Positions 9,677-19,621 of a DNA stretch of 64,000 nt are shown here, in pieces (positions within the stretch are counted from its first letter, which is position 1; each line of letters begins with the position of its first letter). A program made the translations under genes and the position numbers. Location of the stretch: the NCBI GenBank assembly GCA_964552475.1, contig CAZKFZ010000001.1, positions 128,621 through 192,620 on the forward strand, given 5' to 3'. The notes under the pieces are model-generated. The model did not search any database. It was not told the DNA's origin and saw only the letters and a program-made list of their open reading frames with translations. Source of the stretch: an uncultured Candidatus Saccharibacteria bacterium (GTDB taxonomy: Bacteria; Patescibacteriota; Saccharimonadia; CAILAD01; BJGX01).

Positions 9677-10846
9677 ATGCCCGAACAAATTTTTTCTGTT
9701 AGTGAAGCTAACCAATTAATTAATCAAACTTTAGAATATGCTTATACTGTAATTATAATTGAAGGTGAAGTCGCAAATTATAAGATTAGCCAAAACAAGT
9801 GGGTTTTTTTTGATATAAAAGACAACCAAACAGTACTGAGTTGTTTTATGTCTATTTATCAACTTAACAATCCTCTGGAGGATGGTATGCTGATAAGAGT
9901 AAAATGTAGTCCCAAAATAACTAATTGGGGTAAATTCTCGCTTACAGTTCGATCTATCGAACTTGCCGGTGAAGGTAGTGTTAAGAAAGCTTTTGATATT
10001 CTACGAGCAAAGCTCGAAAAAGAGGGTATATTTGCTTCTGAACGCAAGCGACCACTGCCTGAATATCCCAAAAACGTTGCCCTTATAACCTCTAAACAAG
10101 CAGCTGCCTATAATGATTTTCTAAAAATCTTAAATGATCGTTGGTGTGGAGTTAATGTTAATCTTTTACAGGTACAAGTACAGGGCGATGCCGCACCCGA
10201 TCAAATTGTAAACGCAATTCAATATTTTAATAACAGCAATACAAAGTACGATGCACTAGTGATTATTAGAGGAGGTGGTAGCGCTGAGGATTTGCAAGCT
10301 TTCGCTACTGAATCTGTAACTAGAGCGGTGTATGGATCTAAGATACCAACGATAGTAGGTATTGGGCATGAGGATGATGTTAGTTTAGCTGAACTAGCTG
10401 CTGATGTTCGTGCTGCAACCCCTACAGATGCTGCTAGATTGTTGGTTTTAGATAAAAAAGAGATGATAGTTAAAGTGAGTTCAATAATTTCACAACAGCA
10501 TAGTGTTATATCGCAAAAAATCGATGCAACCACAAACAAGATCTTGGTTATGGAAAGATTGTTTTTAAATGTTCTAGCTAGCGCTAATACTTTAAATAAC
10601 GAGATAATGAATAGTATTACGGCCAGCATGATTAGGTTATATACCAGAGACATGGTAAGGCTCGAAAAGACTGTAGCTAGGCTCACGTCTTTAGATCCTC
10701 AATCGGTTTTGCGACGTGGCTACGCTGTTGTGATGTCAGAAGACGTAAGAATTAGAAGTTCTGCTCAACTAAGTGTGGGACAAAACATTATGATACAATT
10801 AGATAAAGGAAAGGTTGGTGCAGAGGTAAAACATCTTAAGCATTAA
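9677..10846 (+). CDS. xseA: Exodeoxyribonuclease VII large subunit
   Basis: FSVSE, IEGEV, RGGGSAEDL, GIGHEDD, AATPT and LRRGYA. Confidence 0.95.
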   Translation: MPEQIFSVSEANQLINQTLEYAYTVIIIEGEVANYKISQNKWVFFDIKDNQTVLSCFMSIYQLNNPLEDGMLIRVKCSPKITNWGKFSLTVRSIELAGEGSVKKAFDILRAKLEKEGIFASERKRPLPEYPKNVALITSKQAAAYNDFLKILNDRWCGVNVNLLQVQVQGDAAPDQIVNAIQYFNNSNTKYDALVIIRGGGSAEDLQAFATESVTRAVYGSKIPTIVGIGHEDDVSLAELAADVRAATPTDAARLLVLDKKEMIVKVSSIISQQHSVISQKIDATTNKILVMERLFLNVLASANTLNNEIMNSITASMIRLYTRDMVRLEKTVARLTSLDPQSVLRRGYAVVMSEDVRIRSSAQLSVGQNIMIQLDKGKVGAEVKHLKH

Positions 10847-10854
10847 AATTGGTC

Positions 10855-11073
10855 ATGAGTAAACCACAAAATAGAGATAAAAAAGAACATAATCTAAACT
10901 TCGCCGAGGCTATGGCCGAGCTAGAATCTATAACTGAGTACTTAGAAAGTGATGATGTAGAGATAGATAAGGCAATGGAAAAATTTAAGCGTGGTAGCGA
11001 GCTAGCTAAAGAGATAAAAAACTACCTAAAAGAAGCTGAAAATACCATATCTACAATAAAAGCCGATCTTTAA
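10855..11073 (+). CDS. xseB: Exodeoxyribonuclease VII small subunit
   Basis: FAEAMAELESITEYLE...FKRGSEL...LKEAE; follows xseA. Confidence 0.92.
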   Translation: MSKPQNRDKKEHNLNFAEAMAELESITEYLESDDVEIDKAMEKFKRGSELAKEIKNYLKEAENTISTIKADL

Positions 11074-11171
11074 ATAGCTTTCTTTTGGTTGTGTATTGAA
11101 TTATTTAGATATAGTTATAGACTTTTTATATAATATATGTTATTATCACTAAAAGCCTAAACGGAGAAAAA

Positions 11172-11555
11172 ATGATCCCCGAACATTTCACGGCTCTAGT
11201 TAAGCAACTAGCAAACTTAGTAAGCTTAGAGCAAGCCGAAATTTTAACAAAAAATATCTCTGAATGTCTAGAGCTTACTCTACCCACCGATAGTTCAAAG
11301 ATTCTATTCGGATATGCTCCGAGCTACCTAAGTGTACAAAAACGTCGATTCTATAATATTAGACGTGCACAACCAAATAGTTATAGACACACAATCTTAC
11401 TTCAAAGACTAATGACGCAGCAAGGTCTTACCGATAATACTGAGGCAGAGAATCGTATTGCTGCATACTTTAAAGCAATAAATATTGTAGTGGGTGATAA
11501 AAAATATCAAACCATATGCTCTATATTGCCATATGAATTAAAGCATCTTGCATAA
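11172..11555 (+). CDS. DUF2267-like protein
   Basis: Two internal repeats of the type F/L..V......AE...L....LP.EL; family assigned from memory of the pattern. Confidence 0.55.
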   Translation: MIPEHFTALVKQLANLVSLEQAEILTKNISECLELTLPTDSSKILFGYAPSYLSVQKRRFYNIRRAQPNSYRHTILLQRLMTQQGLTDNTEAENRIAAYFKAINIVVGDKKYQTICSILPYELKHLA

Positions 11556-11578
11556 ATAAGCTTTATACTATTAATGTA

Positions 11579-12430
11579 ATGACAAAACTAAGCGTAGTAC
11601 GTGAAACCAGCTCAGATCAATATGAGAAGATTCTCTTTGAAAGACCAATTAGTGCTTTACAATCTCGTAAAATTGCAATACTCATCGGTGAGCACGCACA
11701 GATAAAGCACATTAATGACATTTATCAAATAATTGTTGCACTTAAGCATCAACCTATAATTATCGCTGAACGCACAGCATCAAACACACTTGTGCCTGTT
11801 GATACATACATGGAGAAGTCTAGGCTAAGATCAAATCCCCTCTATTCTAACGCCGACGAAATAGTATCTAATGTAAACAATTGTAGCTATGCTGTTGTTG
11901 GTATTGATTTTGAAATAAATTCATCTCTTCAATTATTTTTAGAAAAGCTAATAGCTTCTAGGCCAAGCCCAATACTTTTTAATGATGAATCAATGGTTAT
12001 GTCTAGGGTGTCACCAAATATTTTTAAACATCGAGTAGGTGATGCGTTTATATGCAGTATTAACAGCTTAAGTAAGTTTGCTAACAACTTAAAGGTATTA
12101 AATAAAGTGTCTGAAAGCGATGGTGTGCTACAAAAACTACAATTTATGAGCGAAGTATCGTCTTTAATAAATGCCAATATTGTAGTCTTAGGTGATAGGC
12201 AGATACTAGCAACTAGTTATAAACAAAGTAATCAAGGCTTTGTATCGAACTTCAATTTTGAAAAGAAAATAAATCTTAGTGGAGTGGTTACTGCTATACT
12301 TGTAAGTCTTTTAACAGATAGCTCAAGTACACAGGACGATTTTCTTATGAGGGTAGCAACTACCTGCTATCTGTTACGACAAGGTTTTAGAAGGAATGAT
12401 ATAATTGCAGCGCTAAAAAAAATAGCTTAG
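11579..12430 (+). CDS. Degenerate YjeF-C/NnrD (NAD(P)H-hydrate dehydratase)-like protein
   Basis: Fold-like order ILFERP..KIAILIG, NADEI, VVGIDF..NS and LEKLI; the glycine-rich motifs are eroded. Confidence 0.45.
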   Translation: MTKLSVVRETSSDQYEKILFERPISALQSRKIAILIGEHAQIKHINDIYQIIVALKHQPIIIAERTASNTLVPVDTYMEKSRLRSNPLYSNADEIVSNVNNCSYAVVGIDFEINSSLQLFLEKLIASRPSPILFNDESMVMSRVSPNIFKHRVGDAFICSINSLSKFANNLKVLNKVSESDGVLQKLQFMSEVSSLINANIVVLGDRQILATSYKQSNQGFVSNFNFEKKINLSGVVTAILVSLLTDSSSTQDDFLMRVATTCYLLRQGFRRNDIIAALKKIA

Positions 12431-12445
12431 TAACTTGTGTTTAGT

Positions 12446-12532
12446 TGGTGCCGCGAGAGAGACTCGAACTCTCATGAGGTTGCCCCCACGGGTTTTTGAG
12501 ACCCGCGTGTCTACCAGTTCCACCATCGCGGC
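12446..12532 (-). tRNA. tRNA-Leu(CAA)
   Basis: GCCGCGA acceptor stem, TGGTGGAACTGGTAGACA D-arm, CGGGT-CTCAAAA-ACCCG anticodon arm, long variable arm, GTTCGAG T-loop and encoded CCA. Confidence 0.96.
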
Positions 12533-12599
12533 ATAGACAGAAAATGCAAATAGTTAGCTACTCCTGTATTATAATAAAGAAGCTATAAAATAACCACCT

Positions 12600-13802
12600 A
12601 TGAATTCACCAAAGCCAGATTCACAAGCCAAGGATAATACAAACTCAGCTTATTTAGGCCATTCTGATAATAATCAGATAGTAGATCCTAACAGTATTGC
12701 AAAATTTCATAATCCACACCACGGTAATACAGACCAGACACCAAACCCTCACCACCCCTCAACCCACCCTAATAATCCCAGTGCAAATAATAAGCCCATT
12801 AATCACGAAGGTCGCTTGGTTGCAGCTAAAGCTGCTAATATTCCTCGTAAGCCTGAGCAAAAAACTCATCATGCTATACACGGAATAGATCAATCAAGGC
12901 AGCATAGCGATAAAAAAGTTGATGCTCGCATTAAGCTAGTAAAAATGCGTAAACAGAGTCACTGGCATACCCTTAGATTTGCCATTATAAGTTTTATTGT
13001 GTTTTTGGTAATTTTTAATTTTCAGTTCATTTATGGCCAATTACAGTTCTATATCAATTCTCGTTCAACACAAAAAGTTGCCAATATTGACCCCATAAAA
13101 CCATCTTCATCGTCCAATCAAGCCGAAGCAGTAGCGGGACCAAACGAAATAATAATACCCAAAATAAATGTAAGAGCACCACTAGTTTTTATTGATACAA
13201 CCGAAGAAAAGGCTGTTTTATTGGCCCTTCAAGACGGGGTGGTGCACTACGCAGGTACAGCAAATCCAGGTGAAAATGGTAATTCGGTGTTTTTTGGACA
13301 TTCTAGTAACGATATTTGGGAGAAGGGTAATTATAAGTTTGTCTTTGCTCTACTTGAAAAATTGACTGTTGGCGATCAGTACGAGATACACTACCAATCT
13401 AAAAAATATATCTACACCGTAGAGGAAACAAAGGTAGTCATGCCCACCGATCTAACTGTATTAGATCAAACACCTACACCTTACTCTACACTTATTACCT
13501 GCACACCTCCAGGTACTAGCTGGAAAAGATTTATAGTTAAAGCCAAGCAAACCACACCTAGCTCGTCAGCCCAAATAGCAATCCCGCCAGCCACGAATAC
13601 GCCCCAAACAAAAGGTAGTGTTCTACCTAGCGCGCCTCCGTCTATCTTACAACAACTACAGACTGCAGTAGGTAATTTCTTTAGCAATTTACTTGGTAAT
13701 AATAACAACTCTTCACCAGGAACAAACGATCCCAATACTCCTAGCAATCATTTGCCAGAAGTGAGTCGTAAAAGCACCGAATCAATGCCAACTACTTTTT
13801 AG
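12600..13802 (+). CDS. Sortase with long disordered N- and C-terminal extensions
   Basis: TM anchor, IIIPKINV, GVVHY, FGHSS (His), TLITCTP (Cys) and KRFIV (Arg). Confidence 0.9.
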   Translation: MNSPKPDSQAKDNTNSAYLGHSDNNQIVDPNSIAKFHNPHHGNTDQTPNPHHPSTHPNNPSANNKPINHEGRLVAAKAANIPRKPEQKTHHAIHGIDQSRQHSDKKVDARIKLVKMRKQSHWHTLRFAIISFIVFLVIFNFQFIYGQLQFYINSRSTQKVANIDPIKPSSSSNQAEAVAGPNEIIIPKINVRAPLVFIDTTEEKAVLLALQDGVVHYAGTANPGENGNSVFFGHSSNDIWEKGNYKFVFALLEKLTVGDQYEIHYQSKKYIYTVEETKVVMPTDLTVLDQTPTPYSTLITCTPPGTSWKRFIVKAKQTTPSSSAQIAIPPATNTPQTKGSVLPSAPPSILQQLQTAVGNFFSNLLGNNNNSSPGTNDPNTPSNHLPEVSRKSTESMPTTF

Positions 13803-15183
13803 TAAGCCAAAGTCTAAAGATATTACCTGTAGTATTTAAGGGTACTACCGACTTGTTGTTTTGTTGCACACTAAAACCCTTAATGTCATTTATGGGTGTT
13901 AGGAGTTGATTATTTTGGCCATCAAAGTCGACAAATCTGAGTTGATTGTTTTGCAATAGAATTAAATGGTAGTCATCATACCATGACCAACCACTTAAAT
14001 TACCAAGGTTAATGCCAAAATTATAGTCTTGTGTAAATTCTAAATCTATAGTGTGCATTATCGAATCTTGACTAAACACCAAGAATCGACCATTGGGGCT
14101 ACTAATAGTATTCTTTACTCCAGCTCCTAATTCTCGAACACTACTCTGGCCATATGGGTCTTTTAGTAGCTGTAGACTGGTGGATGTATTGTGCAAAATA
14201 GATATGTAGTTGTTATATCTAGACCTAATAAGTTCAATCTGGTAGCCTGCTGGGTCTGGCGATAGATCTAAGATATCTCGTTTGTCGGCTCCAGAAAGGT
14301 CATAGCTAGTTAGTTTTTGAGTGTTGTCGCCCTCAACCAAGTTGTGTACAACAAGTAGATGATCTCTTGCAATACTCAAGCTGGTAATGTTATTTATTAA
14401 ATTTGCTGAAATACTATGTTCATCTAGGCGAATCTTTTTGAGTACACCCTGTTCTAACCAGAACAACTCGTTTGAGTCATTAATACTAAACCTTAAATCG
14501 TTAAAAATAAACCCATACTCTTGAGTTAAATTATCAACTTTTCCACTACTAGTTTGCACCACAATACTCTGAGTGGTCCCGTTTAACATAACTTGCTTGA
14601 ACAACATTCTGCTTCCATCTTGAGAGAGCTTTAGATCCTGGATACCTACAGCTTTGTTTAGAGGGTCTTCTGCGGGACTTGGTTCATATATTTTTTTAAC
14701 CTCTGAATTTTCTGAAATAGAATATATTACAGGTTGAGATGCTGCTATGGCAACTGTTTTTTGATGGTCGGCTGACTGAACTATACTACCAAATACTTGG
14801 GGTTGTTCAATTGATATTTGACTAAGGATTTCGGGGAGTAGAAATGCATAGTTGGCGAAGGTAACGGTGCCATCAGCTACCGTTTCGATAGCCTGCCACG
14901 GTCTATAATTATCTTTTCTTAGCTCAATATTAATTTTGCCAGATTGAGCATTAGTGTACCTATATGGTGTCTGTTTGTTCATATTCTTACCATTAATACT
15001 CACTTTTGCACCACCAGGTGTGGAATCAATTAATACCAAACCGCTAGAATGTATTTTTTTAGTATCAAGATCAAAAACATAGCCCTGACCGTAAGAGACC
15101 AGTACAAAAGTACCAACAACGATAAATATTATTGCAGCTATAGAAACAAACCATAGTCTTAAGGCAGGTGATATTTTAGGCAT
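13792..15183 (-). CDS. PEGA-domain membrane-anchored beta-propeller-like protein
   Basis: N-terminal TM, YGQGY, SGLVLIDSTPGGAKVSING...TP (PEGA), and repeated beta-rich SPNG/SQDG blades. Confidence 0.75.
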   Translation of the reverse strand: MPKISPALRLWFVSIAAIIFIVVGTFVLVSYGQGYVFDLDTKKIHSSGLVLIDSTPGGAKVSINGKNMNKQTPYRYTNAQSGKINIELRKDNYRPWQAIETVADGTVTFANYAFLLPEILSQISIEQPQVFGSIVQSADHQKTVAIAASQPVIYSISENSEVKKIYEPSPAEDPLNKAVGIQDLKLSQDGSRMLFKQVMLNGTTQSIVVQTSSGKVDNLTQEYGFIFNDLRFSINDSNELFWLEQGVLKKIRLDEHSISANLINNITSLSIARDHLLVVHNLVEGDNTQKLTSYDLSGADKRDILDLSPDPAGYQIELIRSRYNNYISILHNTSTSLQLLKDPYGQSSVRELGAGVKNTISSPNGRFLVFSQDSIMHTIDLEFTQDYNFGINLGNLSGWSWYDDYHLILLQNNQLRFVDFDGQNNQLLTPINDIKGFSVQQNNKSVVPLNTTGNIFRLWLTKK

Positions 15184-15266
15184 GATATTAGCTTGTATTA
15201 TACAACTAATACGTGTAAAAGTTAAGGAACTTTGGAGTACTATAAAAGATTTGCTAAAATACATCT

Positions 15267-16274
15267 ATGCTTTCAAAAAGAATAGCCATAGATTTAGGAA
15301 CTGCCAATACTCGTGTTTATTTACCCAAGAAGGGTGTTGTCGCCAACGAACCATCAGTCGTTGCCGTAAGTATTGACGACAATCGTATTGTAGCAATAGG
15401 TAATGAAGCCAAGGAAATGCTTGGCAGAACTCCTGATATTATTACCGCATCACGTCCGTACAAAGACGGCGTTATTGCCGATTATCGCATTACTCAAGCC
15501 TTGTTAAAATATCTAATACAAAAAGTTACTGGCAAAATAAGACTTAGAAGGCCAGAGTTGATGATAAGCGTACCTACAGGAATTACTTCTACAGAAAGAA
15601 GGGCGGTGATTGACGCTGCGATGAGTGCCGGAGCTAAGAGGGTATATATAGTACGTGCACCCGTTGCTGCTGCAATTGGTGCTAATGTACCTATTGCCGC
15701 TCCAGCCGGTAATCTGGTAGTGGATATTGGTGAGGGTACTACCGAGGTAGCTATAATTAGCCTAGGTGGAATTGTTGCCCAACACAGCGTACGTATTGCT
15801 GGAGCAAAGATAGATACAGCAATATCTGAATTTATCCGCAAAAAATATGGTCTTGTAATTGGCTCAAGGACGGCTGAAGATATCAAGAAAGAAATTGGCT
15901 CTGCATTACCGCTAGACAAGCCTATGAAAATGCAAATTCGCGGACGAGACGTTGTTGCTGGGTTACCCAAAACAATTGAGCTCAACTCTACCGCTATTAC
16001 CGAAGCTATTAGTGAGCGTCTAGATGACATCATTCTTGCTGTAAAGGCTGTGCTAGAACAAACTCCGCCAGAACTATCAAGTGATATTATCGATAGAGGA
16101 ATGATTATGACAGGTGGCGGTAGTATGCTTCGCAATATAGATAAGCTTATGACCAAGGTTACAGGAGTGCCAAGTTACGTTGCCGAGGAGCCCCTTCTTT
16201 GCGTAATAAAAGGAACGGGTATTGCCTTAGAAAACCTCGACGATTATATGCGCTCAGTAATATCAAATCGTTAA
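15267..16274 (+). CDS. mreB: Rod shape-determining actin MreB (non-canonical active site)
   Basis: IAIDLGTANT, NEPSVVA, DGVIAD, TPPELSSDI and TGGGSML. Confidence 0.92.
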   Translation: MLSKRIAIDLGTANTRVYLPKKGVVANEPSVVAVSIDDNRIVAIGNEAKEMLGRTPDIITASRPYKDGVIADYRITQALLKYLIQKVTGKIRLRRPELMISVPTGITSTERRAVIDAAMSAGAKRVYIVRAPVAAAIGANVPIAAPAGNLVVDIGEGTTEVAIISLGGIVAQHSVRIAGAKIDTAISEFIRKKYGLVIGSRTAEDIKKEIGSALPLDKPMKMQIRGRDVVAGLPKTIELNSTAITEAISERLDDIILAVKAVLEQTPPELSSDIIDRGMIMTGGGSMLRNIDKLMTKVTGVPSYVAEEPLLCVIKGTGIALENLDDYMRSVISNR

Positions 16275-16283
16275 ATCTTAACA

Positions 16284-17573
16284 ATGAAGCATAAAAACAC
16301 ATCCCATAACATCTTGCTAGAGATATCAGCATTTGGTGTCTTGTTACTTCTAGTTGTGATGCCTTTCCATGCTGCCTTAGTCACAATTATTGGCAATTTT
16401 ATACCTTACAAATTAATTCTCCAAAGCTGGAAAGAGATTATAATTTTATCAATTGCAACTTTAACATTGTTAGTCTATCTCAAAGACCGATCGATTTTAA
16501 AACTTGATACTATAAACAAACTCGCCTTGATAACTATTTGTTTTAGTTTACTAATAACACTTTTAGTACATACAAATTTAGCCGGAACTTTGGCGGGTAT
16601 AAAAACTAACATTTCCATACTAGTACTGTTTTTGGCGGTTCAGACATTGTCCAGCTACATAGACAAACAAAGGCTTACACAGCTAGTACTATATCCAGCA
16701 TTCTTTGTGGCTGCGATAGCCATTGTTCAGCCTTGGCTATTTAGCCCGGGGTTACTAAGCAATATCGGCTATAATACAACGTCAATTTTGGGGGGGCAAT
16801 ACATAGAAGCCTCTAAGTCGGCTGTACGGGTATTTTCGACTCTTGGCGGACCCAATCAACTCGGCGCTTACTTAATTATTCCTTTTTCATTGTGTCTAGC
16901 ACTAGGTCTAAACAAAAAAACTCGTATTTGGCTCATTACTGCACTTGGCTTATGTATACCCGTATATATGACCTATTCAAGGAGTGCTTGGCTGGGCTTA
17001 ATTTTCGCATCAATACTCATTATTACTCTACGGCTTAAGAAAAATTTTCAAATTGTGATAGCAACAATTCTTGGTTTTGTAGTACTGTTAGGAGTTATTT
17101 TATTTTTCAACATAAATCCCTGTGGTCATTTCAAAACTATTCAAGCCCAGTTCCTGCACGGTAGTTGTATAGCGGGTTCTATAGAGGGTCCGGATGCAGA
17201 GCGAATTCAGGCTATACAGACTGGTCTTGCTACTATATCGACCAATCCACTAGGACATGGCTTGGGTTCTGCTGGTCCAGCTAGTTTCTATTCGAATTCA
17301 CCTAGGATAGTTGAGAATTGGTTTTTGCAGATAACTATTGAAATAGGGATCGTTGGCTTAGTGTTGTACATTTTAATGTTTACTTTACTGCTTAAGGAGT
17401 TGTATTTAGATTCGCAAAATAAAAATGGAGACCACACAATGTCATTAGCTTTGTTTGGTGCTTTAATGGGTATTTTGGTAACGGGAATGTTCTTACACAG
17501 TCTGGGCGATAGCACACTAGCAATAATATTATTCACATTGTTAGGCCTAAATAGGGGTTATATAAGATCATGA
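16284..17573 (+). CDS. O-antigen ligase/Wzy-like polymerase family membrane protein
   Basis: About 12 TM; RVFSTLGGPNQLG, TYSRSAW, NPLGHGLG and ENWFLQITIEIGIVG. Confidence 0.85.
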   Translation: MKHKNTSHNILLEISAFGVLLLLVVMPFHAALVTIIGNFIPYKLILQSWKEIIILSIATLTLLVYLKDRSILKLDTINKLALITICFSLLITLLVHTNLAGTLAGIKTNISILVLFLAVQTLSSYIDKQRLTQLVLYPAFFVAAIAIVQPWLFSPGLLSNIGYNTTSILGGQYIEASKSAVRVFSTLGGPNQLGAYLIIPFSLCLALGLNKKTRIWLITALGLCIPVYMTYSRSAWLGLIFASILIITLRLKKNFQIVIATILGFVVLLGVILFFNINPCGHFKTIQAQFLHGSCIAGSIEGPDAERIQAIQTGLATISTNPLGHGLGSAGPASFYSNSPRIVENWFLQITIEIGIVGLVLYILMFTLLLKELYLDSQNKNGDHTMSLALFGALMGILVTGMFLHSLGDSTLAIILFTLLGLNRGYIRS

Positions 17574-18691
17574 GAGTAGCGATTACTTATGACTGGCTCA
17601 ACCAAAAAGTAGGTGGTGGTGAAGATACGTTGTTTAAAATTGCTACTCTTTACCCAGAGGCAGATATATTTTGCTTAGTATACAATCAAAAGAAGTTTTC
17701 GCGATACTTAAATGACCGAAGAATTTATACCTCAAATCTTCAGCAATACCCGAGTTTTATGAAAAAACGTCCAAGCCTACTGCTTCCCTTTATACCTCGA
17801 GCAGTTAAAAAGTTGAACTTTGATAATTATGATTTGGTAATATCCGTATCTAGTGCGTGGGTAAAAAATATAAATGTGCCCAAACATACCACTCACATTT
17901 GTTATTGTTTTAGTCCAGCCAGAATGTTGTGGGATAGTTGGCCGTCGTATTTAGACACGCAAAAGATTGGACCATTCAATTTGGGTCATGTTTCAAGGTA
18001 TATAGTAACTAGAATAGTATCAAAAATACGTTTATGGGACTTTTACTCTACTAAAAACGTCGATAGCTTTATCGCTATAAGCCAATATATCGCCAACAGA
18101 ATAACTAAATATTACAAAAGAGATAGCTATGTGGTGTATCCACCTGTTGATTTGAAAAAAAAATATAGTAAAAAAAGTAGTAAAAAATACTACTTAGTGC
18201 TTTCTGTTTTGAGTAGATATAAAAATATTGAATTAGTAATAAAAACATTTATAAAAAATGGTAAGGACTTAGTGGTAGCTGGTGATGGGCCAGACAAACA
18301 TCGACTACAAAATTTAGCCAAGGGTCATGCTAATATCAAATTCTTGGGTAGGGTAAGTGATGAAAAAAAACAGTCACTTTATGCTGGGGCTAAAGCTTTT
18401 ATTTTTCCTAGCATTGAAGACTTTGGTATTACTCCCGTTGAAGCGATGAACGAAGGTACGCCAGTAATTGCTCTAAATGGTGGTGGGCTCAAAGAAACCG
18501 TTATAAATGGTGTTACAGGAGTATTTTTTGATAAGCCTAGCGTGGACAGTCTAGACAAGGCTGTTACCGAGAGTGAATCAATAACTTTTGATAGTAGAAA
18601 AATTTACAACCAAGCTAAAAAGTTTGACAAAACAAACTTTGATAGTCAGTTTAGAAAAACAATCTCGGAAATTTTGAGGGCCAATAAATAA
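17570..18691 (+). CDS. Glycosyltransferase family 4
   Basis: DWL..GGGE, YPPVD and EDFGITPVEAM..GTPVI. Confidence 0.92.
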   Translation: MRVAITYDWLNQKVGGGEDTLFKIATLYPEADIFCLVYNQKKFSRYLNDRRIYTSNLQQYPSFMKKRPSLLLPFIPRAVKKLNFDNYDLVISVSSAWVKNINVPKHTTHICYCFSPARMLWDSWPSYLDTQKIGPFNLGHVSRYIVTRIVSKIRLWDFYSTKNVDSFIAISQYIANRITKYYKRDSYVVYPPVDLKKKYSKKSSKKYYLVLSVLSRYKNIELVIKTFIKNGKDLVVAGDGPDKHRLQNLAKGHANIKFLGRVSDEKKQSLYAGAKAFIFPSIEDFGITPVEAMNEGTPVIALNGGGLKETVINGVTGVFFDKPSVDSLDKAVTESESITFDSRKIYNQAKKFDKTNFDSQFRKTISEILRANK

Positions 18692-18693
18692 TC

Positions 18694-19527
18694 ATGAGTA
18701 TAAAACACACAAATAACAGGATAAAAATCCTTAATGTAGAGATAGATCCCCTTACAGCTGAAGATGCAAACAATAAGATATGCAATTTGGTTGATTTAAG
18801 TTCCCAAAAATCATCTTATGTAGTTAAGCCATACGTAGAGTTCATGGTTGCTGCACACAAAGACGAGGAAGTTGCCAACATATTAAACCGAGCCGACCTA
18901 GTTTTACCAGACGGCGTGTCTTTACAATGGGCGGCTAGCTATTTATATGGTAGGCCACAAAAAGCCTTTGCTAAGCTAATAAGAAGTGGGTTATTTTGGA
19001 TTCGCAAGCCTAACTGGATAAATCAAATTTTGCCTGCCAAGATGGCTGGTGTATCACAGGTATATCCACTGCTAAAGCTTTGTGAGAATAATAATTTTAG
19101 AATCGGGGTCATTGGTAGTCATTCGTCACCCGAAGATCTAAAGCGCAACTTGTCAAAGAGATTCCCAAAACTTAAGCATATCTATACCTGGAGTGGTTAT
19201 TTCGACCCCAATCAAGAGAAAGTCTTAGTAGAAGATATAAAGAATGTAAATTTAGACATTCTTTTTGTAGCAATGGGGTTCCCACGACAAGAAAAGTTTA
19301 TATACAGAAACATCAATAAAAAAATTGCTAAAGTCTTAATAGGTGAAGGTGGTACTTTTGATTATGATGTATTAGGAGGAGAAATAAAAAAAGCCCCAGA
19401 ATGGATTCAAAAAATTGGCCTAGAATGGTTCTGGAGACTTTTAAGGCAGCCTAAAAGATTGTTTCGTCAAATAGCGATACCGAAGTTTATTTTATTGATT
19501 TTAAATCAATCTAGAAAATCGAATTAA
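18694..19527 (+). CDS. WecB/TagA/CpsF family glycosyltransferase (GT26)
   Basis: ADLVLPDG, VAMGFPRQE, GGTFD, APEWIQKIGLEWFWRL and PKRLFR. Confidence 0.92.
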   Translation: MSIKHTNNRIKILNVEIDPLTAEDANNKICNLVDLSSQKSSYVVKPYVEFMVAAHKDEEVANILNRADLVLPDGVSLQWAASYLYGRPQKAFAKLIRSGLFWIRKPNWINQILPAKMAGVSQVYPLLKLCENNNFRIGVIGSHSSPEDLKRNLSKRFPKLKHIYTWSGYFDPNQEKVLVEDIKNVNLDILFVAMGFPRQEKFIYRNINKKIAKVLIGEGGTFDYDVLGGEIKKAPEWIQKIGLEWFWRLLRQPKRLFRQIAIPKFILLILNQSRKSN

Positions 19528-19621
19528 AGTGTTTACGCTTGAAGTAATACATACTACAATATAGCTATACCGATATCTTATTTAGATTTAATTATTATAG
19601 AGCTGAAGAAAAGAGCGATAA

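Noticed and set aside
12446-12600. tRNA-Leu as an integration site
   Set aside because: No integrase and no duplicated tRNA 3' end were seen in the window.
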